From the NCBI GenBank assembly GCA_964469405.1, contig CAYXYP010000004.1, positions 7,717 to 71,716 on the forward strand: a stretch of DNA of 64,000 nt, written 5' to 3'. The notes below the pieces were generated by a model. It was given only the letters and a program-made list of their open reading frames with translations, did not search any database and was not told the DNA's origin. This DNA comes from an uncultured Candidatus Saccharibacteria bacterium (GTDB taxonomy: Bacteria; Patescibacteriota; Minisyncoccia; Phycocordibacterales; Phycocordibacteraceae). The position numbers and the translations under genes were made by a program. Position 1 is the stretch's first letter, and each line of letters opens with the position of its first letter. Positions 56,732-64,000 of the stretch are shown piece by piece.

Positions 56732-57364
56732 CTATCGTAAGAGTGGGAGCAGTACCTGATATACGCGATCAGCAATAAATTTGTTCCCAGCATCATTCGG
56801 GTGGACCGAATCTTCCATGAATTCTTCCTTTCCGAAGAGACTTTGGAGAACATTAGAAACGTAAGCCGTCTGATATTTTTTATGAAGTGCCTCAAATTCG
56901 GACGCAAACTGGTCGCCAAAGAGACTCCCTTTCACTCCAAGCAGCAAAACGATTGCACCCCTTGCGTGGATGTACTCGATAATTTTCGCCAGATTCTGAA
57001 ATGTTGTTTGGATCGGGACCCGTTTAAGATGGTCATTACCGCCCAAGAGAAGAAGCACGACCTTAGGATGGTACCGATCCAGCTCATGGATGCGCGCGAG
57101 CCCGTCTGCAGTTGTGTCGCCAGGAACTCCTAAATTTATAATGGTGCGCCCTGTTCGACGGGACAAAAGCGAGACAAAATCATTCTTACTGGTAGCTCCG
57201 CTTCCCGCCACTAGACTATCCCCGAAGGCAATAATGTCTGTACCTGAGGAAGGGAAATTCGTGATATTTTCGTTGGGATCCGGAGAGAAAAAGAAATACC
57301 AACCAACACCAACAACACAGATGAATGCTACTACCGAAACCCATAGTATGGTCGGACGGCTCAT
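56732..57364 (-). CDS. SGNH/GDSL-family hydrolase, membrane-anchored
   Basis: IIAFGDSLVAGSGA is block I. LLGGNDHL is block III. DSVHPNDAG is block V. Confidence 0.75.
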   Translation of the reverse strand: MSRPTILWVSVVAFICVVGVGWYFFFSPDPNENITNFPSSGTDIIAFGDSLVAGSGATSKNDFVSLLSRRTGRTIINLGVPGDTTADGLARIHELDRYHPKVVLLLLGGNDHLKRVPIQTTFQNLAKIIEYIHARGAIVLLLGVKGSLFGDQFASEFEALHKKYQTAYVSNVLQSLFGKEEFMEDSVHPNDAGNKFIADRVYQVLLPLLR

Positions 57365-57455
57365 GTCCCCATCATAACCTCTTTCCTTTTCAATGGCTGA
57401 CGAACTGAGAGTTTAGCTGATCATGTCGTACGGTGGGAATCGTGATCAGACCCGG

Positions 57456-58019
57456 TTAGTTTTCTATGAACGAAATTGAAGTAGGGGGAACGAAGATTTT
57501 TGCATCCATTGTCCACGGACTGCAAGAGAAGGAAAGATCTGTAGCAAGATCTACTCCACCCCTGCTCGCTATCACACTGCCGCTCACACTTGAAGACGCA
57601 GGAAGTTTGATTCCCGTGGCCGCACTTGTTGTCCACGCATAGAGATAGTTACTATCATCTATCATCGTCGAATTAGTAAAGTTGGCACGTGCCATCCCTG
57701 CCACAACATACAATGTTCCCGAACGCATGACACCGCTCGCAGTTTTAATTGAGCAGACCAAAGGTTGTCTCAGATTGAGAAGATATGAGAGCGAACCGAT
57801 TCCGACGGTATTTACAGTGGTTTTCGTCGGCTTGGCTGCTGTATATGAAGATGTCTTGGTCGTCGTTTTTTCCGGTACAGTTGCCGATGGTGTGGTCGTC
57901 GCACTTGGTCCCCTTGTATCCTCACTCTCTATCTTTAATGTGAGATATGCTACACCGCCGACCAAAACTAGTACTATAATTACCCCCAAAATCGTGTTGG
58001 TATTCATTAGGAATAGCAT
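57456..58019 (-). CDS. hypothetical membrane-anchored exported protein
   Basis: The start is taken at MLFLMNTNTILGVIIVLVLV (complement of 58017-58019). The longer ORF-track version runs into tRNA-derived sequence. The body is Thr-rich. Confidence 0.45.
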   Translation of the reverse strand: MLFLMNTNTILGVIIVLVLVGGVAYLTLKIESEDTRGPSATTTPSATVPEKTTTKTSSYTAAKPTKTTVNTVGIGSLSYLLNLRQPLVCSIKTASGVMRSGTLYVVAGMARANFTNSTMIDDSNYLYAWTTSAATGIKLPASSSVSGSVIASRGGVDLATDLSFSCSPWTMDAKIFVPPTSISFIEN

Positions 58020-58186
58020 AGCATCGAAAGAACAAGTTACGCGGGTTGCGGACTCTATATTTCGGCTGCCAGACTTGGATTCGCCTCTCGCCGTGCTCGG
58101 CTCGAAACCTACGACGTCTCTTCGACGCCTGCGGCCCGCGGTTCGAATCCAAGTCTGTGTGCGCAAAAACTGCTACGCACTTTTTG

Positions 58187-58257
58187 CTGCCAGACTTGGA
58201 TTCGAACCAAGATACTCAGATTCAGAGTCTGAGGTCCTACCATTAGACGATCTGGCA
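58187..58257 (-). tRNA. tRNA-Gln (anticodon CTG)
   Basis: The minus-strand sequence is TGCCAGA-TC-GTCT-AATGGTA-GGAC-C-TCAGA-CTCTGAA-TCTGA-GTAT-CTTGG-TTCGAAT-CCAAG-TCTGGCA-G. All stems are perfect. Confidence 0.8.
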
Positions 58258-58519
58258 TAACTGTACCTTATTGCCAGACGTTAATGGGAGGACGTTGTCC
58301 TACTGCAAGCGAAGCAAGGCAAAGAAGGAATGTCTGCATTCATTCTTTCCGAGCGAGCGTAGCAGAAAGCCCGAAGGGCTTACCATTAGACGATCTGGCA
58401 ATAGTACGACACAGGAGTGTCGTACTATCTAGACGATACGTTATCAAGCAGGTTTGTTCAATACATAGAATTGCGGCAGATGTTTAGTAGAAAAAAGGTT
58501 GAGCATGTAGGATTGTCTG

Positions 58520-60061
58520 ATGCCACACGAAATTACGTCGTTATCTGACGCGGAGCATCGCAATATTATGGTCATCATGGCCGCGCTCATGCTCGCGCTT
58601 CTCTTGGCTGCGCTTGATCAGACAATTGTTTCGACCGCACTGCCGCGTATCGCGAGTGATTTCAACGCACTTTCCGAGTTGCCCTGGGTGGTAACGGCAT
58701 ACCTGCTTGCGACTGCAGTCTCGACACCGCTCTACGGCAAGCTGAGTGATCTCTATGGTCGCAAGCACGTGCTTTCGGTTGCTATCGTCATATTCCTCAT
58801 TGGGTCGGCGCTATCAGGTATGGCGCAGAACATGCTTGAGTTAATCGTCTTTCGCGGTGTCCAAGGTATCGGAGCCGGAGGTTTGATGACGCTCGTATTT
58901 GCAGTAATTGGGGACGTTGTTCCCTCGAGACATCGTGGACGTTATCAGGGGTACTTCGGAGCAGTCTTCGGTCTCGCAAGTGTGGCGGGCCCGCTCCTTG
59001 GCGGAGTATTTACTGACCATCTTTCGTGGCGCTGGATCTTTTATATCAATATTCCGCTTGGGCTTCTTGCTCTTGCTGCAATCTATATCCGGCTTCCGGA
59101 ACACCAGCACCATCGGAAACACTCGATCGATTATGTGGGCGCTTTTATTCTCTCGGTTGCCATTATCTCACTCCTGCTCGTGATGATGTGGGGCGGGGTG
59201 ACTTATGCTTGGAGCTCTTTGCCTATACTTGCGCTCGGTGCAGTTGGCGTCTTTGGGGCGGGGCTGTTTGTCTGGTGGGAATCGTATACGACAGAGGCAC
59301 TCATTCCGCTCCCTCTCTTTAGAAACTCAATCTTCCGTGTTTCTGCATTGCTCTCTCTCGTGTCGGGGGTGGCGATGTTTGCAGCCCTCATTTTCTTGCC
59401 GGAATATCAGCAAGTAGTGCGCGGCTACTCGGCGACGAAATCGGGCCTTCTAATGCTCCCGCTTATTTTCGGTCTATTGGTTGCGTCGATTGGTTCGGGA
59501 CGGGCCATTTCCCATACGGGCAAGTATCGCGTATTTCCGATTATTGGCTCAATTCTCGTGATATGTGGCGTCTGGCTCTTGAGTCATGTTGACGTTACAA
59601 CTCCGCAATGGCTACTCTCAATCTGGATGTTCATCGTGGGTCTTGGTATCGGCTCTTCGTTGCAAGTAACGACGATCGCCGCACAGGACACTGTCCATCC
59701 GCGGGATCTTGGTACCGCTACTTCAACTATCGTTTTCTTCCGCACTATTGGGAGCACCATTGGGACCGCCATTCTGGGTGCAATACTTACCACGCGTTTT
59801 GCGGCGCATCTTGCCGAACTCATGCCCGGTGGAACGAATAGTTTTTCGATACACGATGGCTTGGACTTCGCACAAATACACAATCTCCCGCCCGCTTTGG
59901 CCGCCAACGTGCTCCAAGCCTTTAACGCGGCATTTCAGGACGTATTTTTGTGGACGCTGCCGTTTGCCGTGCTTGCGCTTCTAGTCGCACTATTTCTCAA
60001 GGATCAGCCGCTCCGCTCTGATGCCCGCGAATTCGCCAAGGGCGAAGCGTTGGGTCTGTGA
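58520..60061 (+). CDS. MFS transporter, 14-TM DHA2 (EmrB/QacA-like) subfamily
   Basis: The 513-aa ORF has [13 protein letters not shown] and [10 protein letters not shown] motifs and 14 hydrophobic segments. Confidence 0.85.
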   Translation: MPHEITSLSDAEHRNIMVIMAALMLALLLAALDQTIVSTALPRIASDFNALSELPWVVTAYLLATAVSTPLYGKLSDLYGRKHVLSVAIVIFLIGSALSGMAQNMLELIVFRGVQGIGAGGLMTLVFAVIGDVVPSRHRGRYQGYFGAVFGLASVAGPLLGGVFTDHLSWRWIFYINIPLGLLALAAIYIRLPEHQHHRKHSIDYVGAFILSVAIISLLLVMMWGGVTYAWSSLPILALGAVGVFGAGLFVWWESYTTEALIPLPLFRNSIFRVSALLSLVSGVAMFAALIFLPEYQQVVRGYSATKSGLLMLPLIFGLLVASIGSGRAISHTGKYRVFPIIGSILVICGVWLLSHVDVTTPQWLLSIWMFIVGLGIGSSLQVTTIAAQDTVHPRDLGTATSTIVFFRTIGSTIGTAILGAILTTRFAAHLAELMPGGTNSFSIHDGLDFAQIHNLPPALAANVLQAFNAAFQDVFLWTLPFAVLALLVALFLKDQPLRSDAREFAKGEALGL

Positions 60062-60100
60062 ACTTATCACGAAGACAGCGCGAGTGATATAGTCATCTAC

Positions 60101-61108
60101 ATGATAGACAAATCGCCGTCGCTATTTCGTTTTTTTCTTGTTCCCAGCGTGGTTTCAATCGCGATACTTGCAGGAGTGGGTATTTTTTTAGGACCAGTCG
60201 CTCTCTTTACGGCAGTGCTGCTTGTCGTGCTTGAAATAACTCTTTCTTTTGACAATGCCGTCGTAAATGCACGAGTGCTTCAGAAGATGAATCCTCTATG
60301 GCAACATCGTTTTCTTACCTGGGGTATCTTTATTGCGGTATTTCTCACGCGCGTAGTGCTCCCGGTCCTCATCGTCGCCGCTTCAGTCGCTATGTCTCCT
60401 TTAGTGATTGCGTCTATTGCTTTGTTTGACCCTGCACAATACGCAGAATTACTACATGGTGCGGAGCACATCATCGCTTCATTTGGAGGGATGTTTCTCA
60501 CCATGGTAGGACTTAAATATTTTTTTGATGAGGCGAAAGAAGTACACTGGATTCATCACATTGAACGACATTTCGCCCGGTGGGGGAGCATAGAAGCGCT
60601 TGAGATTGCCATTGCCCTCAGTCTTCTTACTGGCATAGCTCTCTTTTTGCCTGCGGACAGCACCGGTATTTTCTTTGCGGGCATCATTGCAATCGTGCTC
60701 TTTATTATCGTGCAGGGAATCGCGAATTCTTTCGATATCTCGACAAACAGCGTTGCTGCATCAGGTCTTGCATTGTTCGTCTATCTTAACGTTCTCGATG
60801 CAGCATTCTCGCTCGATAGTGTCGTGGGGGCGTTCGCTCTTTCGACGAGTATCCCAATCATTATCGTCGGTCTTGGCATCGGAGCATATTTCGTACGCAT
60901 GCTCACTCTCTATATGGTGCACAATGGTACGCTCTCTCGAATCATGTACATAGAGCACGGCGCACATTGGGCGATCCTCGGACTTGCGGGAGCGATGTTC
61001 GCAGGCATGTTTGTGCATGTCCCTGAACCAATTATTGGCCTCGTAGGGCTCCTTTTTGTGGGTGGGGCATACATATCGTCTATTCGCTCCGTGTCAGTCC
61101 GTGCATAG
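60101..61108 (+). CDS. TerC/DUF475-like integral membrane protein
   Basis: EITLSFDNAVVNA resembles the TerC-family ELSLSVDNA motif. About 9 TM helices are predicted. Confidence 0.6.
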   Translation: MIDKSPSLFRFFLVPSVVSIAILAGVGIFLGPVALFTAVLLVVLEITLSFDNAVVNARVLQKMNPLWQHRFLTWGIFIAVFLTRVVLPVLIVAASVAMSPLVIASIALFDPAQYAELLHGAEHIIASFGGMFLTMVGLKYFFDEAKEVHWIHHIERHFARWGSIEALEIAIALSLLTGIALFLPADSTGIFFAGIIAIVLFIIVQGIANSFDISTNSVAASGLALFVYLNVLDAAFSLDSVVGAFALSTSIPIIIVGLGIGAYFVRMLTLYMVHNGTLSRIMYIEHGAHWAILGLAGAMFAGMFVHVPEPIIGLVGLLFVGGAYISSIRSVSVRA

Positions 61109-61252
61109 GGATTGATATCCACCACTATACACTTGCATTTTCTGGACGGTGTCGCATGTAGGGTATACTCAGGGATGTAAGACAGTATCTGTCGCAACGT
61201 CTATAGTGAGCTGTGCTCAGGTACGTTACATAATTAACCTTATTTAAAATCC

Positions 61253-62284
61253 ATGTCAGCATGTAAGAAAATACTAGCAATCGTGATTGCGCTCGGCGTC
61301 TTTGCACCGGCGTCCGCCTTTGCACAGACAGCCTCTACAACGACTTCTACGACGAGTCCGGCAGCAGTTATCGGCCAGATTCAAGCATTGCAGACGCAAA
61401 TCAACTCGTTGCAGCTGCAACAGCAGCAAAATATCGCAATGCTCGTGACGACCCTTCGGCGAGGCTCAACCGGAGATCAGGTGTTGATATTACAGGCTCT
61501 CCTTGCGGCGGATTCAGTTATCTATCCGGAAGGTTTGATTTCCGGATTTTTTGGTCCCTTGACTGCAAAAGCAGTGAAGCGATTCCAGAAGAAGCACGGT
61601 TTCGAGCAAGTAGGGCTAGTCGGCCCGAAGACTCTTAAGAAACTACAAGAGCTTCTACAAAAAAATCCACTTGCTTTCAGCACCCTGACTTCTACCTCCA
61701 CGGCGACGTCGACCTCAAGTCAACTTTCAAGAGGTGATACAAAACGTTTGTGCGCCGTCATATCTTCTCTCACCAAAGATCTACTTCCAGAAGGATGGAA
61801 CAAGAAGGGTAAAGGTGATAATAAGCAAATTATAGCTGGATGCGACAAACGTTCCGAAAAACATGATGAGGATGACGAGGACGATGATCATCGAGGCACA
61901 CCTACGCCAACACCGACTTCTTCTCCTACGCCTACTCCAACCACTTCACCAACACCAACACCAACACCAACACCAGTACCTACTGACATCACACCACCTG
62001 TAAATTCTTCGGTGAGCGTGACGAATATTGCTACTACGACAGCTACTATCTCGTGGGTGACCGACGAGGCGGCTACGAGCAAGATCTACTACAGCACGGC
62101 AACACCAGTAAATCTTCTCTCGGCGCTTACAGTGAGCAATAGTTCGCTTGTGACGAGTCACATTCTTGGCCTCACAGGTCTCACTGCCTCGACGACGTAT
62201 CACTACATCCTAGAATCTAAGGATGCGATTGGGAACACAACGACGACCACCCCTTCGACGCAGATCTTCACCACTGCAAATTAA
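61253..62284 (+). CDS. secreted protein with peptidoglycan-binding domain, PT-rich linker and C-terminal fibronectin-III-like domain
   Basis: A signal peptide is present. The PG_binding_1-like segment is STGDQVLILQALLAAD...GFFGPLTAKAVKRFQKKHG. The linker is (TPTP)n. The ending ISWVTDEAATSKIYYS is FN3-like. Confidence 0.65.
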   Translation: MSACKKILAIVIALGVFAPASAFAQTASTTTSTTSPAAVIGQIQALQTQINSLQLQQQQNIAMLVTTLRRGSTGDQVLILQALLAADSVIYPEGLISGFFGPLTAKAVKRFQKKHGFEQVGLVGPKTLKKLQELLQKNPLAFSTLTSTSTATSTSSQLSRGDTKRLCAVISSLTKDLLPEGWNKKGKGDNKQIIAGCDKRSEKHDEDDEDDDHRGTPTPTPTSSPTPTPTTSPTPTPTPTPVPTDITPPVNSSVSVTNIATTTATISWVTDEAATSKIYYSTATPVNLLSALTVSNSSLVTSHILGLTGLTASTTYHYILESKDAIGNTTTTTPSTQIFTTAN

Positions 62285-62389
62285 ACGCGACTCAAACGCA
62301 TACAAAACCGCCCCTTTGGGGGCGGTTTTGTATTATACTAGGGAGCACGAACGTTCAGTAAGGAAATCGTCCCTACCACGTCATAACCT

Positions 62390-62884
62390 ATGAAGGACGA
62401 ATCTTTGGAAATAAAACTGCTTGCTGCTTACGATGCTCACGCTGACGCCATTTTTCGGCACTGCTATTTCAAGACGAGTCAACGAGAGATTGCAGAGGAC
62501 ATGATGCAGGATGTATTTCTCAAAGCGTGGTCCTATATGCAGTTAAAACGCCCGATACTCAACATGCGCGCCTTCCTGTATCGACTTGCCGATAATCTGG
62601 TGATCGACTGGTATCGCAAACACAAGTCCCAGTCACTTGATGCTCTGATGGACGATGGTTTCGAACTGGTTGAAGGAGATACCAGCATCGAGGAACAGAC
62701 GGAAATATCACTCGCGCTCGCAAAGCTCAAGGAGCTCAGTGAAGACGAGCAGAAGCTCATCACGCTACGTTTCGTAGAAGGATTGTCACCTAGCGAAATA
62801 GGGGAAATCCTCGATGAGAATGAAAATACGATTTCAGTACGGATTCACCGAGCTCTGAAGCGATTACGAATACTCTTTAAATAA
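62390..62884 (+). CDS. ECF-type RNA polymerase sigma factor
   Basis: Region 2 is DVFLKAWSYM...YRLADNLVIDWYRK. Region 4 is LITLRFVEGLSPSEIGEIL...ISVRIHRALKRLR. Confidence 0.8.
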   Translation: MKDESLEIKLLAAYDAHADAIFRHCYFKTSQREIAEDMMQDVFLKAWSYMQLKRPILNMRAFLYRLADNLVIDWYRKHKSQSLDALMDDGFELVEGDTSIEEQTEISLALAKLKELSEDEQKLITLRFVEGLSPSEIGEILDENENTISVRIHRALKRLRILFK

Positions 62885-62891
62885 TCTGCGT

Positions 62892-63749
62892 ATGGAACTA
62901 CCACCAAAAAAATTCATTGAACAACTTCGCTCAATAGCGCTCTCTCATACAGAGCGTTCCACACTGCGCTCGGCGCTTATTGCGCATATGAGTGAGCACG
63001 GTGCGCGACAGGCGGCACCTTCTCCCTGGTCTTCATTTTATTTCGCAAAGCGTATTCAGGTAGTGTCCCTATCCCTCGTCATCGTTATCAGCTACGGAAG
63101 CTCGGTAACTTTTGCCGCAGAGGGTTCCTTGCCAGGGGATATGTTGTATCCCGTTAAAACGTATGTGAATGAGCCGATAGTGCGGGTAGTAACGGTGACC
63201 TCTCCGGCTTCAGAAGCGGCGTTTGAAACAAAACTGCTTGAGAAACGCCTCGAGGAAGCCGAGACTCTTGATGCCGAGGAAAGCTTTAACCCAGAGCTCA
63301 AACTGTCTGTGCGCGAGGGCATACACGAGCAAAGCATCAAAGCGAAAGAGAAAATCAATGATGCCGAAAATTCTTCTGGCGCCAACGTATCCTCCACCAC
63401 AATATCTATAACTGGTGAGATCAGCACAAGCTCTCCCGAAAGTATTTCGGAGAAGGGAGATCAGTCTCACGATAATCTAGGCAGCGATAAAAAGAATCTC
63501 GATAATGAACATCCGGTATTGCGTGCTACTGAATCTGTAACTGACGCGGTCAATATCAGCTCTCCCGAAAACACCTCGGGGAGTAGTGGGTCGTCTAATG
63601 TAAATTCGGGCAGTAGCAAAAGTGACAGCGAGAGCTCTCTGAAAGATATACAACAAAAGCACAAAGATATTCTCGAGAAATTAGACCTTACTTTCGAAGA
63701 AGGCGATAACGATGATAATGAAACAGAAGAGCGTAGGAGGGGAGAATAG
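62892..63749 (+). CDS. putative anti-sigma factor / single-pass membrane protein with extracytoplasmic domain
   Basis: It lies immediately downstream of the ECF sigma gene. It has an N-terminal cytoplasmic segment, one TM helix (VVSLSLVIVISYG) and an acidic Ser-rich C-terminus. Confidence 0.5.
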   Translation: MELPPKKFIEQLRSIALSHTERSTLRSALIAHMSEHGARQAAPSPWSSFYFAKRIQVVSLSLVIVISYGSSVTFAAEGSLPGDMLYPVKTYVNEPIVRVVTVTSPASEAAFETKLLEKRLEEAETLDAEESFNPELKLSVREGIHEQSIKAKEKINDAENSSGANVSSTTISITGEISTSSPESISEKGDQSHDNLGSDKKNLDNEHPVLRATESVTDAVNISSPENTSGSSGSSNVNSGSSKSDSESSLKDIQQKHKDILEKLDLTFEEGDNDDNETEERRRGE

Positions 63750-63819
63750 TCACTGGACTATCATCTCTACTACATAAACTATGTTACCAAAGCAACATAG
63801 TTTATGTTCATAGAAGATA

Positions 63820-63841
63820 CCCGCTACGTAGTAGCGGGTTA
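63820..63841. terminator. hairpin terminator, usable from both strands
   Basis: The stem is acccgcta / tagcgggt with a CGTAG loop. A 13-bp inverted repeat cataaactatgtt/aacatagtttatg at 63773-63806 lies just upstream. Confidence 0.55.
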
Positions 63842-64000
63842 TAGATTGCCAGGAAGGAACATCCCGACCATGCTAAGGGCAAGCAGGATGACGAAAATGA
63901 TGGTAAATGCGCGTTTCATTGCTGTAGCATAGCAGATTTTTATAAAAATGGATTATACTCTACCTACATGAACTTTCTCGTGCGGTACAAGCACTCAGGA

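Noticed and set aside
58067-58157. Second minus- or plus-strand tRNA next to tRNA-Gln
   Set aside because: It contains tRNA-Gln T-loop/acceptor sequence in both orientations, but no complete cloverleaf can be drawn on either strand.

Overview
This 64-kb window is gene-dense and of moderate GC. It looks like a small-genome bacterium, possibly Patescibacteria/CPR-like, but that is inference only. I can support about 70 CDS, five tRNAs, several intrinsic terminators and a few repeat elements. The standard genetic code is in use (RF1 and RF2 are both present and intact).

The house-keeping genes are:
- hisS, partial at the left edge, and prmC
- an RRM-type RNA-binding protein
- rpmE and prfA
- a prfB-ftsE-ftsX-pyrG block
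- ABC transporters, an MFS transporter, a NRAMP transporter and an ABC-F ATPase
- pirin, a pseudouridine synthase and an M23 peptidase
- an ECF sigma factor with an anti-sigma-like partner
- two sensor histidine kinases and a stand-alone receiver

The outstanding feature is a ~14.5-kb minus-strand glycan or glycoconjugate biosynthesis operon (3242-17813) of eight tightly overlapping genes. It is built largely from unusual domain fusions:
- a 1402-aa protein fusing a processive QxxRW GT2 synthase, a Wzx/MOP-like multi-TM flippase-type module and a GT4 transferase
- a 1101-aa fusion of GT2, LmbE/PIG-L deacetylase and a GT-C membrane transferase
- a kinase-like plus SAM-methyltransferase protein reminiscent of WbdD-type chain terminators
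- GtrA, a Dpm1-like GT2, a GT4, a second GT-C, and a secreted hydrolase-like protein

A nucleotidyltransferase-cupin fusion sits convergently next to this operon.

Other second-look items:
- tRNA-Asp and tRNA-Gln are each flanked by inverted and direct partial copies of their own ends
- an 11-bp tandem array of the palindrome TTGCGCAA lies in a divergent promoter region
- a ~140-nt multi-helix element sits between rpmE and prfA
- a perfect 360-bp in-frame tandem duplication occurs in a secreted GGT-repeat protein
- an alternative-oxidase-like di-iron protein is coupled to a stand-alone cupin
- RF2 may be leaderless, with no programmed frameshift
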